A stretch of 64,000 bases of DNA, from contig OZ024745.1 in the NCBI GenBank assembly GCA_964016885.1, positions 103,416,001 through 103,480,000 on the forward strand. Reading direction: 5' to 3'. Both the position numbers and the translations under genes were made by a program. This stretch comes from Eledone cirrhosa (Eukaryota). Under the pieces are notes generated by a model. It had not been told where the DNA came from. It searched no databases and worked only from the letters and a program-made list of their open reading frames with translations. Positions 44,204 to 58,050 of the stretch are shown here, one piece after another. Position 1 is the first letter of the stretch, and the number at the start of each line of letters is the position of its first letter.

Positions 44204-45338
44204 GGGTGTGTGTGTCTAATCATGTATGCGTACATATGTGTAAGCACGCATGTGTCTGTGTCTGCCTGTGTGTGTATATGTGTGTGTGTATTTGTATGTG
44301 TGGGTGCATGCTCTGGAGTGTGAATAGACGTGTGAGATACCGATCCCAGCATGACTCCATTGAAGTGTGTCGGACGGAAAATGGCTGATGACCCATGTAG
44401 CAGTAAATAGTGACCAGAACTTAAGATGACGTGGAGCAACAACAGCCAATGGCATGACAAGAGTGGAAGAGGTCTTTTTAGGGTGTTTTTTGACACCCCA
44501 GTGATAAAATTTGCTCTGAACGAACTACCCATGGCTGAAGGAACCTGCAGGGACCATGTCTCGAGCTACCTGCCGGCAAAACAATTGTAACACGCAATAA
44601 ATTGAGTCCAGATGCATCACTGATTTTTCGTTTTCTTTATACTATATATATATATATATAAACACATACACTATGGGTGTCCTCACAATTTAAGGTACTG
44701 GCCAAGCCTGTTATGATATGACATTTGCCTAAGGTGCAGCCCAATTGGATCAAACCCTGAGTAACATGGTAGTGAAGCAAACTTCCTAACCATATAGTCA
44801 TACCTATGCTGCAATGAACTACATATATGTTGCAGCTTATGGTGACACATGTGTTAAATGCATGTTAAACAGGTGTTGATCATGATCTTGATAACTACAA
44901 ACAGCAGTGATAGATATGACAACAATAAGAGCAGTGTTTATATTTCTCTTTTTGTCAACAATTGCTGTTGTTGTCACAACTCTTTCCACACTTGCTTACA
45001 ATATTTCTATCATCCATATATTCCTACAAGTCAACAGAATCTCCATTCTCTTTCAGTGACCACCATTCTATATTTTTAAACACATATCAGGCAGTTATAG
45101 CAATCTTATGACTATTGACTATAATACACAAATTACTGGCGGGGAAGGGAGGAATCAATAAATGCATAAGAACCAATAGCTAGCAGCATTTGATGACTAA
45201 TATACCTCATGGTGGAAGTAACAAAGGTTTTCATTTCTTGGAATTTGCACATGAAGATAATTCCTGGAGTAGCAACTTTCGTTTTCCACTTAATACAGGT
45301 GCTAATAAAAGGAACTACCCATATAAGAAGTAGTAATA

Positions 45339-45521
45339 AGGTGGATTGGCAGTATCGGTAGAGGGTCGGACGACATGCTTTCAAGCATAGTTACGTCCCT
45401 TTACGATCTGAGTTCAAATCCCGCCGAGGTTGACTTTGCCTTTCATCCTTACGGGGTCGATAAAATAAAGTATCAGTAATGCACTGGGTAATTGCTGGCC
45501 TTGTGCCTAAAGTAGAAACAA
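45339..45521 (+). mobile_element. SINE family 1 copy with TSD agtaataaggt; another diverged copy at 45725-45911
   Basis: Family consensus; direct repeat at about 45332 and 45521. Confidence 0.9.
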
Positions 45522-46018
45522 GTAATAAGGTATAATAATGGGTTACATTTTCAAATTCCTCTTAACCAGAAATAGTTTTAAAATATATGATAGTCATCAT
45601 CATAATCATTTTTACATCCACTTTCCATGTTGGATTTGATGAGATTTTTTGAGGCAGTGTTTTATAATCCCAGCTTAAAATACCCACAGCATGTCTTATA
45701 TATGTATATAATACATAAATATGAGGTGGATTTGCATAATTAGTAGAGCGTCAGACACCATGCTTTGCAGCATGGAGTTATGGCCCTTTACGTTCTGAGT
45801 TCAAATCCTGCCACGGTTAACTTTGCCTTTCATTCTTACGGGGTCAATAGAATAAAGCACCAGTAATGCACTGGGGTAATTGCTGACCTTGTGCCAAAAG
45901 TAGAAACAATTATACATAAACATACATTCTTTCATATATGCCACTATTCCGAATGCCTCTGTTTTACTGCCATTGCTAATATACATATATATCATTACCA
46001 TCATCATCATATATATAT

Positions 46019-46212
46019 ATATGAAAAGATTCAGGACCCCAATGGATGAGCTCTGGCCGTTTTGACAACTAGATCCAAACTAGCTTTCAAAATGACCAGA
46101 GCTCAGCTGTCGGGGTCCTGAATTTTTTCATATTATACACTCTACTACCCCAACTATTGAGTACTCTGGTGTGTTATGGTCCACCTAGTATCTTACCACA
46201 CCCTCTTTGTTA
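46019..46212. mobile_element. Old F10-family terminus with decayed palindrome
   Basis: atgaaaagattcaggacccc ... ggggtcctgaattttttcat, followed by the family tail. Confidence 0.65.
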
Positions 46213-46842
46213 TATATATATATATATAGATATATATATATACATGTGTGTGTGTGTGTGTGATACCTGATCACCTTATATGATAAAAGGATATGACGAA
46301 CAGCCTATCCCTCAGACATCAACATTTCTATGAAAGGTACAGCCATGAAGTTATTGTAATTATGTTGCATTTCTCTTCTCCTCTCAAAGAAATCTGTGCA
46401 ACAACAGAAACAGCCAGTCAAAGACCTTTAGTGGCCAACAAATTGCAAGAAATTGTCAACACTTGCTATCAGAGGAAGTAAACGTTAAATGATGTTAGAT
46501 GCCCAAGACACAGGTACCTATGACTCCATCAGGAGTTTAGGGCTCGAAAAAGAAAGTAACATGCAGTGCAAAATGTAGGTGCTGTTGTTGTTTAGCCTGA
46601 AGTCAGCACTGAATAGACAGACCTATGTTCAAATAAGTTCAAACAATGACCATCCAGTCTTTTTATAAACTGGGTATTGTATCATCAAAGGTATCCTTGT
46701 TTATTTAAGACAACAGTGTGTTATTTAAAGGAAATCTGACTGTTATTTCTAGCATGTCAAATGACCATATAGTAACACCCTTGTTCGCTTATGTAAAATG
46801 CTAGAATACTTTACAATGGATATACTTTACTAAACTAAAGTA

Positions 46843-46944
46843 CAGGGTGTCCCTGAAAAATATATACACACTTCAACAGCATTCTAATAAATACTGCCTG
46901 TACAGGTAATGAAAGTGTGTATATATTTTTTGTGGACACCCCTT
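46843..46944. mobile_element. Tc1/mariner-type MITE
   Basis: TA-cagggtgtccctgaaaaatatatacacactt ... aagtgtgtatatattttttgtggacaccc..-TA terminal inverted repeats. Confidence 0.65.
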
Positions 46945-47297
46945 ATATCCATTAATAAATCTTATTCCTTTTGTTAACACCTAAGTAAAACTATTTGTTT
47001 AGGTTGCATAATAATATATTATTACCATTAATTACTTATTCTTTTCATTGCTGTTTTATTAATTTACGTCAATGTCTTCCTCACTATCCCATTACTGAAG
47101 TCAGTTGCATTCTCCAGTGATGTTTAGGTAATTTCTAGTTTCACATATGATTGATTATATATACAGTTGGAAAGATGTTTGGTACCATGTAGTAGGGGTT
47201 GTATGTAAAATAAACATGTTTCTGGTCATGTAAAGTTTTAAGTTTAGTAACAAATATCTTAATAGCAAAAATTTATTTAACAAACGAATGACGGAAC

Positions 47298-47626
47298 ATC
47301 ATTTCATCATCATCATCATTTCATTTTACATCCGCTTTTCCTTGCTTGCAAGGGTAGGACGGGAACTGATTTGGGTTTGATTTCTACAGCTGGATGCCCT
47401 TCCTAACACCAACCTCATTTACAGTGAGTGCTGGGTGCTTTTTTGCCATGGCACCTCCATGACCACTTTGCAGTGGAATGATATGGACCCCAGTTCCTAT
47501 CATCTCATTTCTACAGCTGAGTAAACTGGAGCAATGTGAAATAAAGTGTCTTGCTCAAGGAAACAACACATCACCCGGTCTGAGAATTGAACTCACACCC
47601 TTTCGATTGCAAGGCCAATGCTCTAC
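47298..47626 (-). mobile_element. SINE family 2 copy (5' slightly truncated)
   Basis: Matches 34617-34961. Confidence 0.9.
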
Positions 47627-48084
47627 ATGAATATTAGAATTGTTTGAAATAGCAGCTAAATTCCCCTTAAATCACACCCTATCACCTTTAAAAGATCATA
47701 TTGGATAATATATGTAACCTTGTATTTGATAAAGTAATAGGATGATTATGGCTGAAACACATTTCACCTTACATAGGTTTGTTTGATCAGAACTAACCCA
47801 GAACTAAACAACATTTAACCTTATATAGGTTTGCTTGATCACGACTTACTTGCAGCTAAACAACATTTCTTTTGAAAACTGCACCAATATTCATTGACTT
47901 CAAATGTATCTATATCTGGCTCATGTTTTTGTATATTTTTGTATTGTTGAGGTTATTTAGTCCTTGGTCAATCCTGATCAAACTGACCTATAATGAAAGA
48001 CATTCTGGTCTTGACTATCCTATTTTTTTATTTTTTTTATTGACACATATCAAACATAATGTATTTAGGATTACAATATCTACT

Positions 48085-49205
48085 GTCATCATCATCATCA
48101 TCATCACCGTTTTACGTCCGTTCTTCCACGCTAGCATGGGTTAGACGAGTTGTCCTGTTGTGGGCAGTGTCTGGTCGGCTGACCATGCCTTGCTCATACA
48201 GTAACTGATTTGGCTTGATTTCTACAGCTGGATGCCCTTCCTAACACCAACCTCATTTACAGTGAGTGCTGGGTGCTTTTTCGTGGCGCCTACACGTCCA
48301 CTTTACAGTGTGGGCTGGGTGCTTTTTTGCCATGGCACCTCCACGACCACCTTGCGGTGGGGGGTGTGGGGGCATATTGTCTATATGCTTCAGCATGTAC
48401 CCATGGGAGGTCGGGTACTCTGTATTACTGCGTGACGCCAGAGGTCACGGTCGTGTGTCATCGCCTTTGAGAGGTGTAATTGGGTACGGTCGGCTTTTAT
48501 CACCTCATCCCAGGTCATCTTGGGTCTCCCCACTCCGCGGTTTCCATCGACTTCTAGTGTTCTGCACCTTTTTATGCAGCTGTCATCCTTCATACGCATC
48601 ACATGTCCATACCAGCGCAACCACCTCTCCTGCACACAGCATTTGATTCCTCTTAGGCTCAGTCTCTCTCTCAATTCATTTATGCTTTGTCGTTCGCGTA
48701 TATTACTGTTACACATCCCATTGGAGCATGCAGGCTTCGTTTCTCTCTAATCTACGTAAGTCTTCCACCTTCAGCGCCCAGGTCTCACTACCATGCAACA
48801 TCGCTGTTCGGATACACGCATCATACAGTCTGCCTTTCATTTTGAGGGAGAAGCCTTTTGCAGCTAGCAGTGGTAGTAGTTCCCTAAACTTCTTCCATCC
48901 CGTTCTTACCCTAGTTATTGTACTTTCTGAACACCCACCTCCGCTGCTAATTCGGTCACCTAGGTAGCAGAAGCTGTCTACTGTTTCTACAGAGCCCTCC
49001 CAGAGATTGGTGGTACTTGTTTCCTGTGGCTGTTTGCTGTTTGCTGTCCCAGCACAGCTGCTGCATGTGAAGCCTACATTCTTAATTAAGCTTCCTGAGA
49101 TCCCGCTACATCTCTTGTGTACCCATTGTTTGCATTTGGGGCAGAGAATGGAGTTCCTACCTACACCTTTCCTACATACTGAGCCAGGCCATTTCCCTGT
49201 ATCCT
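48085..49205 (-). mobile_element. RTE LINE family B 3' portion
   Basis: KWPGSVCRKGVGRNSILCPKCKQWVHKRCSG...FCYLGD...GRLYDACIRTAMLHGSETW...RWYGHV; about 300-bp 3' UTR and (GAT)n tail. Confidence 0.92.
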
Positions 49206-49208
49206 TTT

Positions 49209-49434
49209 TTAACCCTTTAGCATTTAAACCGGCGATATCCGGCCAGAATTCTCTCACCCCTTTCTGTTCAAACCAATTGTAACTGGCTGCTCATATTGAT
49301 GTTAAGGTATTGTTCTCAAAATAAATATCAAAATCTCATAGATTTGATATTACGTGAGATAATTATGTGAGGTAAATCCTTTACTATGAAAATATAATAG
49401 TAAATATAGAGTAATTTAAATACTAAAGGGTTAA
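49209..49434. mobile_element. piggyBac-like MITE
   Basis: TTAA-ccctttagcatttaaa ... tttaaatactaaaggg-TTAA. Confidence 0.85.
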
Positions 49435-50794
49435 TGATGTAGAGAGATTTGGCTGGTATTTCTAGCAGGTTGAATAACTACATAGCAACTCCATTGTTGC
49501 CTTATTTTGTGTGACTACATCAGAAGTATGTTATGTATTCTTAATGTTCTTGGTGGAAATTTTAATGTGCTTGACATCATTGTGGTTACAATCATTTTTC
49601 TTTTTGTGTTGCTTTGTCATGTAGTATTAATGGCATATATTTCTAGGTGGATGTGTAACAAGTGCATTTTATATTTTGTATTCTCTACCTTTTCACATAG
49701 AGAAAGGGAAATTATATTGAGAGTTTATGTATCTCAACTTAGTTGTTTGATATTAATCAAACATGGATGGGCACTGGGAAAATAATAGAAAATTGATGCT
49801 ATTGCAATGGTTCCCCATGGAAGCCATTTCATTATACTTACACTGAAGAATAAAACTTTATTTTCCAAAAAGAATTACTTTATCTTAGAGTGGGGACTAT
49901 CTTAATAACTAAAGACTAATCGCTATGCTTGATCACCATTTGACAATACATGTAAATTTGAAAGGTCTAATACTTCCCACGTGCAAATTAGGTCCTTTTC
50001 CTTCCAAAACCCAAATCTAAGAAAAGTTAAAATGATATGCTGTGCTGCAGGACTGTATAAATAATGTTAGCATGGAAAAATGGATGTTGCAAATTAACAA
50101 GAGAGTTTCTCTGTAGTTGCTTAACTTCATGGTAATGATAGTGGAATCTTTGTCAATGATAGTGGAATCTTTGTCAAATCACAAGCTAGTCTCTCAAGCA
50201 ATTCTTTGAGATATAAATAAAATATAGTGAATTGATAGAGTTTTTAAAGTGTAGGATATATTGATGCAGTATTTGTGCCACTGTTTACGTTGAGTTGAAA
50301 TATCAATGAATTCAACTTTGCCTTTCATCTTTTTGTGGTCAATAAAATAAAGTATCAGTACTAGATAGTGTAGGACAAGATGCCTTGTGGCATTTGTTCT
50401 GCCTCTGGTATTTGTTGCATTCTTGGTTCAAATCCCACTGGGGCCTATTGGATAGTAGACTTAGTCTGTCACCTGGTTTAACATTACCACCTGGCTCTTA
50501 GATACTTTCATCAGAGCCTATTTTGTTGGAAGTACTCAGACTAGGTCTCCAGATTGGGGATTTCTACCTGCCTCCCACTTGTCATGAGGATCTTGAAAAA
50601 GGATCATGTACACTGCCTTTCCTTCCTTGGTTAGATAGTAGCCACACACACACACGCACTCATGGTTAACATATAAACTCTTGGTAACATTAACACACCA
50701 ACAGAACACTGGTCAGACTTGTTGCAATACTGTATAGAAAATGTCCAAGAAAGTATGATACACCATTCTCTTTATCGCATACCCTCTCACCCCC

Positions 50795-50884
<90 letters not shown>

Positions 50885-50887
<3 letters not shown>

Positions 50888-51218
50888 TCATCATCATCAT
50901 CATTTTAGTCCACTTTTCCCTGCTAGCAAGGGTTGGACGGGAACTGATTCTGGCTTGATTTCTACAGCTGGATGCCCTTCCTAACACCAACCTCATTTAC
51001 AGTGAGTGCTTTTTCGCCGTGGCCCCTACACGACCACTTTGCAGTGGAATGATAGGGACCCCAGTCCCTATCATCTCATTTCTACAGCTGAGTAAACTGG
51101 AGCAATGTGAAATAAAGTGTCTTGCTCAAGGAAACAACACATCACCCGGTCTGAGAATTGAACTCCACAACCTTTCGATTGCAAGCCCAATGCTCTAACC
51201 ACTAAGCCATGTGCTTCC
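50885..51218 (-). mobile_element. SINE family 2 copy
   Basis: Matches 34617-34961. Confidence 0.9.
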
Positions 51219-51423
51219 ATATATATATGATTTTCTCTATTTATCTATCTATGTATATCATTCTCTCTCACTCTCTTGCCCACACACACATATATGGTTA
51301 AAATATAAACTATTGCTAATTTAATGTGACAACATTAACAACAAAACTTGTTAGACTTATTGGCAATACTGCTTAGGTTGTCTACAAGATATTACACACC
51401 ATTCTCTTACATTCTCTCCCTCC

Positions 51424-51463
<40 letters not shown>

Positions 51464-51705
51464 TTTCTCTCTCTCTCCTTCTTTTCCACACACATTCATG
51501 CATATTATCTTTATTTTTCATTCCTCATTTCTATCATTAGAATATGCCATACTCCAGGGAAGAATCGATATTTTGCAATTGTTTCATATAACATGGCAAG
51601 TATTACAGAAAATGTCATATTTCACATTTCATGGACAATGCTTTTTTTTTTTCATTTTTTCATTCTATTATTATTATCGGTGTCATCATCGTCATTGTTG
51701 TTGTT

Positions 51706-51770
<65 letters not shown>

Positions 51771-51916
51771 GCATCCCCAAACTTCAGCTTCTTCAAAAAT
51801 GTTGTCTTTGCAAAGAAGAACCCAATTTCTTAAAGAATAAAACTATTATTTCAATGAAAGAAATTTAAAACAATATTCGTCATAGCACGGATTTTTGTTG
51901 TTTTTTCCTTTGTTGG

Positions 51917-51953
<37 letters not shown>

Positions 51954-52280
51954 TTTTCAATTTTTATTTTATTTTGTTGTTTTTGCTTATTTTTTCCTCC
52001 AGAATACAGAAATGAAATAAATAAATAAATAAATACAATAAAAATAAAAATTAAGACAGGAATTTTGAATTTGGTCATATTTTGATTTTTTTTTTTTTTT
52101 CACAGTTTAGTCTTGGTATCATATTTTTCATTCTTTAAAAATGGATCTCTGCAGTGAAAAATGGCTGACATGAAAGGAAAAGTCTAGAGAAACTAATTAG
52201 GACAATGTTTTGCAATGATGATGAACATATAATAACCATGATGACAACAACAAATTGTCATGATAATCAGTGGTGGTGGT

Positions 52281-55200
52281 AGTGACAATTATGATGGTGA
52301 TGGGAGTTATGATGACAATTATGATGGTGATGGGAGTTATGATGACAGTTATGATGGTGATGGGAGTTATGATGACAGTTATGATGGTGATGGGAGTTAT
52401 GATGACAGTTATGATGGTGATGGGAGTTATGATGACAGTTATGATTGCAGTTATGATGGTGATGGGAGTTATGATGACAGTTATGATGGTGATGGGAGTT
52501 ATGATTACAGTTATGATGGTGATGGGAGTTATCATTACAGTTATGATGGTGATGGGAGTTTTGATGACAGTTATGATGGTGATGGGAGTTATGATGACAG
52601 GTATGATGGTGATGGGAGTTATGATTACAGTTATGATGGTGATGGGAGTTATGATTGCAGTTATGATGGTGATGGGAGTTATGATGACAGTTATGATGGT
52701 GATGGGAGTTATGATGACAGTTATGATGGTGATGGGAGTTATGATGACAGTTATGATGGTGATGGGAGTTATGATGACAGTTATGATTGCAGTTATGATG
52801 GTGATGGGAGTTATGATGACAGTTATGATGGTGATGGGAGTTATGATTACAGTTATGATGGTGATGGGAGTTATGATTACAGTTATGATGGTGATGGGAG
52901 TTATGATGACAGTTATGATTACAGTTATGATGGTGATGGGAGTTATGATTACAGTTATGATGGTGAAGGGAGTTATGATGACAGTTATGATGGTGATGGG
53001 AGTTATGATTACAGTTATGATGGTGATGGGAGTTATGATGACAGTTATGATGGTGAAGGGAGTTATGATGACAGTTATGATGGTGATGGGAGTTATGATG
53101 ACAGTTATGATGGTGATGGGAGTTATGATGACAGTTATGATGGTGATGGGAGTTATGATGACAGTTATGATTGCAGTTATGATGGTGATGGGAGTTATGA
53201 TGACAGTTATGATGGTGATGGGAGTTATGATTACAGTTATGATGGTGATGGGAGTTATGATTACAGTTATGATGGTGATGGGAGTTATGATGACAGTTAT
53301 GATTACAGTTATGATGGTGATGGGAGTTATGATTACAGTTATGATGGTGAAGGGAGTTATGATGACAGTTATGATGGTGATGGGAGTTATGATTACAGTT
53401 ATGATGGTGATGGGAGTTATGATGACAGTTATGATGGTGAAGGGAGTTATGATGACAGTTATGATGGTGATGGGAGTTATGATTACAGTTATGATGGTGA
53501 TGGGAGTTATGATGACAGTTATGATGGTGAAGGGAGTTATGATGACAGTTATGATGGTGATGGGAGTTATGATGAGAGTTATGATGGTGATGGGAGTTAT
53601 GATGACAGTTATGATGGTGATGGGAGTTATGATGACAGTTATGATGGTGATGGGAGTTATGATGAGAGTTATGATGGTGATGGGAGTTATGATGACAGTT
53701 ATGATGGTGAAGGGAGTTATGATGACAGTTATGATGGTGATGGGAGTTATGATGACAGTTATGATGGTGATGGGAGTTATGATGACAGTTATGATGGTGA
53801 TGGGAGTTATGATGACAGTTATGATTGCAGTTATGATGGTGATGGGAGTTATGATGACAGTTATGATGGTGATGGGAGTTATGATGACAGTTGTGATGGT
53901 GATGGGAGTTATGATGACAGTTATGATGGTGATGGGAGTTATGATGACAGTTATGATGGTGATGGGAGTTATGATGACAGTTATGATTGCAGTTATGATG
54001 GTGATGGGAGTTATGATGACAGTTATGATGGTGATGGGAGTTATGATTACAGTTATGATGGTGATGGGAGTTATGATTACAGTTATGATGGTGATGGGAG
54101 TTATGATGACAGTTATGATTACAGTTATGATGGTGATGGGAGTTATGATTACAGTTATGATGGTGAAGGGAGTTATGATGACAGTTATGATGGTGATGGG
54201 AGTTATGATTACAGTTATGATGGTGATGGGAGTTATGATGACAGTTATGATGGTGATGGGAGTTATGATGACAGTTATGATGGTGATGGGAGTTATGATT
54301 ACAGTTATGATGGTGAAGGGAGTTATGATGACAGTTATGATGGTGATGGGAGTTATGATTACAGTTATGATGGTGATGGGAGTTATGATGACAGTTATGA
54401 TGGTGATGGGAGTTATGATGACAGTTATGATGGTGATGGGAGTTATGATGACAGTTATGATGGTGATGGGAGTTATGATGACAGTTATGATGGTGATGGG
54501 AGTTATGATGACAGTTATGATTGCAGTTATGATGGTGATGGGAGTTATGATGACAGTTATGATGGTGATGGGAGTTATGATTACAGTTATGATGGTGATG
54601 GGAGTTATCATTACAGTTATGATGGTGATGGGAGTTTTGATGACAGTTATGATGGTGATGGGAGTTATGATGACAGGTATGATGGTGATGGGAGTTATGA
54701 TTACAGTTATGATGGTGATGGGAGTTATGATTGCAGTTATGATGGTGATGGGAGTTATGATGACAGTTATGATGGTGATGGGAGTTATGATGACAGTTAT
54801 GATGGTGATGGGAGTTATGATGACAGTTATGATGGTGATGGGAGTTATGATGACAGTTATGATGGTGATGGGAGTTATGATTACAGTTATGATGGTGATG
54901 GGAGTTATGATTACAGTTATGATGGTGATGGGAGTTATGATTACAGTTATGATGGTGATGGGAGTTATGATGACAGTTATGATGGGAGTTATGATGACAG
55001 TTATGATGGTGATGGGAGTTATGATGACAGTTATGATGGTGATGGGAGTTATGATGACAGTTATGATTACAGTTATGATGGTGATGGGAGTTATGATTAC
55101 AGTTATGATGGTGATGGGAGTTATGATTACAGTTATGATGGTGATGGGAGTTATGATTACAGTTATGATGGTGATGGGAGTTATGATGACAGTTATGATT

Positions 55201-56570
55201 ACAGTTATGATGGTGATGGGAGTTATGATTACAGTTATGATGGTGATGGGAGTTATGATTACAGTTATGATGGTGATGGGAGTTAGGATTACAGTTATGA
55301 TGATGATGGGAGTTATGATGACAGTTATGATTACAGTTATGATGGTGATGGGAGTTATGATGACAGTTATGATTACAGTTATGATGGTGATGGGAGTTAT
55401 GATTACAGTTATGATGGTGATGGGAGTTATGATTACAGTTATGATGGTGATGGGAGTTATGATTACAGTTATGATGGTGATGGGAGTTATGATTGCAGTT
55501 ATGATGGTGATGGGAGTTATGATTACAGTTATGATGGTGATGGGAGTTATGATGACAGTTATGATGGTGATGGGAGTTATGATGACAGTTATGATGGTGA
55601 TGGGAGTTATGATTACAGTTATGATGGTGATGGGAGTTATGATTGCAGTTATGATGGTGATGGGAGTTATGATGACAGTTATGATGGTGATGGGAGTTAT
55701 GATTACAGTTATGATGGTGATGGGAGTTATGATTACAGTTATGATGGGAGTTATGATAACAATTATGATGGTGATGGGAGTTATGATGACAGTTATGATG
55801 GTGATGGGAGTTATGATTACAGTTATGATGGTGATGGGAGTTATGATTACAGTTATGATGGTGATGGGAGTTATGATTGCAGTTATGATGGTGAAGGGAG
55901 TTATGATGACAGTTATGATGGTGATGGGAGTTATGATTGCAGTTATGATGGTGATGGGAGTTATGATGACGGTTATGATGGTGATGGGAGTTATGATGAC
56001 AGTTATGATGACAGTTATGATGGTGATGGGAGTTATGATTGCAGTTATGATGGTGAAGGGAGTTATGATGACAGTTATGATGGTGATGGGAGTTATGATG
56101 AGAGTTATGATGGTGATGGGAGTTATGATAACAATTATGATGGTGATGGGAGTTATGATGACAGTTATGATGGTGATGGGAGTTATGATAACAGTTATGA
56201 TGGCGATGGGAGTTATGATAACAGTTATGATGGCGATGGGAGTTATGATGACAGTTATGATGGTGATGGGAGTTATGATTACAGTTATGATGGTGATGGG
56301 AGTTATGATTACAGTTATGATGGTGATGGGAGTTATGATAACAGTTATGATGGCGATGGGAGTTATGATGACAGTTATGATGGTGATGGGAGTTATGATT
56401 ACAGTTATGATGGTGATGGGAGTTATGATTGCAGTTATGACAGCGATGGGAGTTATGATTACAGTTATGATGAGAATTATGATGGTGATGGGAGTTATGA
56501 TGAGAATTATGATGGTGATGGGAGTTATGATGAGAATTATGATGGGAGTTATGATGGGAGTTATAATCAC
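52281..56570. repeat. About 4.3-kb minisatellite, 30-bp unit gttatgatggtgatgggagttatgatgaca (about 140 units)
   Basis: Direct reading; 12-bp insertion and 6-bp deletion variants; four long low-complexity ORFs result from the unit. Confidence 0.97.
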
Positions 56571-56804
56571 AATTATGCAGATACATATTATGCCAAAATA
56601 TGGAACATATGGGCAGGACGGTGGTAATTATGATGCTGATGACAGGGGAGGTGTTTTGGTGATAACATGTTGATGGTGATGGTGATAATCACACATAGAT
56701 ATCTAATGCTAAAATATGGAATGTAAGAGCAAGACAGGGTTCTCTGAACTGTTTGGTCTTGAACCATGAAGACCAATCCAAAACATGCCAGCATCATGAT
56801 GATT

Positions 56805-56844
<40 letters not shown>

Positions 56845-56877
56845 GATACACATATTAACCATCACTATATTAGAAAG

Positions 56878-57245
56878 GGCGGTGGATTGGCAGTACCGGT
56901 AGAGGGTCGGACGCCATGCTTTCCAGCATAGTTACGTCCCTTTACGATCTGAGTTCAAATCCCGCCGAGGTTGACTTTGCCTTTCATCCTTACGGGGTCG
57001 ATAAAATAAAGTACCAGTAATGCTCTGGATAATTGCAGGCCTTGTGCCTAAAGTAGAAACAACTATATTAGAAAGTATCGGTAGAGGGCCGGACGCCATG
57101 CTTTGCAGCACAGTTACGTCCCTTTACCGACTGAGTTCAAATCCCGCCGAGGTTAACTTTGCCTTTCATCCTTACGGGGTCGATAAAATAAAGTACCAGT
57201 AATACACTGGGATAATTGCTGGCCTTGTGCCAAATGTAGAAACAA
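56878..57245 (+). mobile_element. Two adjacent SINE family 1 copies sharing a triplicated 13-bp target
   Basis: actatattagaaa at 56864, 57062 and 57245. Confidence 0.88.
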
Positions 57246-57279
57246 CTATATTAGAAATGTTATGCTATAAGATAATTTA

Positions 57280-57540
57280 TGTGACTTAGTGGTTAAAGAG
57301 TTGGATTTACAATTGTAAGGTTGTGAGTTCAATTCCCAAATGAGGCGATGTGTTGCGTCCTTCAACAAGACATGTTATTTCACATTGCTCCAGGTCACTC
57401 ACCTGCAAAAATGAGTTGTGACATCACTGATGCCAATCTGTATTGTCCTTTGCCATTACTTAGATAACATTGGTGGTGTGGAAAGAGGAGAGTAGTATAC
57501 ATGGGTGATTGCTGGTCTTTCACAAAAACACCTTGTCCAG
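57280..57540 (+). mobile_element. Diverged tRNA-headed SINE related to the family 2 head
   Basis: gtgacttagtggttaaagag...gagttcaattccc...tttcacattgctccag. Confidence 0.65.
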
Positions 57541-58050
57541 TTTTGTGTCTCAAAGGATAGCTTTCTAGGTGCAAAACCCTGGCCTTGTGCCTTGAAGGGT
57601 AGCTTTCCAGGTACAAACCCCAATCTTGTGTCTCAAAGAGTAGCTTTCTAGATACAAAACTCTGGTCTTGTGCCTCGAAGGGTAGCGTTCTAGGTACAAA
57701 ACCCCAGTCTTGTGTCTCAAAGGGTAGCTTCCTAGGTGCAAAACCCCAGTCTTGTGTCTCAAAGAGTAGCTTTCTAGATACAAAACCCTGGGATTGTGTC
57801 TCAAAGGGTAGCTTCCTAGGTGCAAAACCCCAGGCTTGTGTCTCAAAGGGTAGCTTCCTAGGTGCAAAACCCCAGGCTTGTGTCTCAAAGGGTAGCTTCC
57901 TAGGTGCAAAACCCCGAGCTTGTGTCTCAAAGGGTAACTTCCTAGGTGCAAAACCCCGGACTTGTGTCTCAAAGGGTATCTTCCTAGGTGCAAAACCCCA
58001 GTCTTGTGCTTTGAAGGGTAGCTTTCTAGGTACAAAACCCTGGTTATTTG
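57538..58050. repeat. 42-bp minisatellite, about 12 copies
   Basis: Unit gtcttgtgtctcaaagggtagcttcctaggtgcaaaacccca; gives the 14-aa periodic ORFs. Confidence 0.92.

Noticed and set aside
45185-45300. Short open frame HLMTNIPHGGSNKGFHFLEF... as a possible exon
   Set aside because: No polypyrimidine tract, weak donor and no recognisable homology.
48709-49257. N-terminus MREFWPDIAGLNAKGL of the RTE ORF
   Set aside because: Comes from the adjacent MITE, not the LINE.
52281-58050. CRISPR-like arrays (30-bp and 42-bp repeats)
   Set aside because: Units are contiguous with no unique spacers, there are no cas genes, and the context is eukaryotic.
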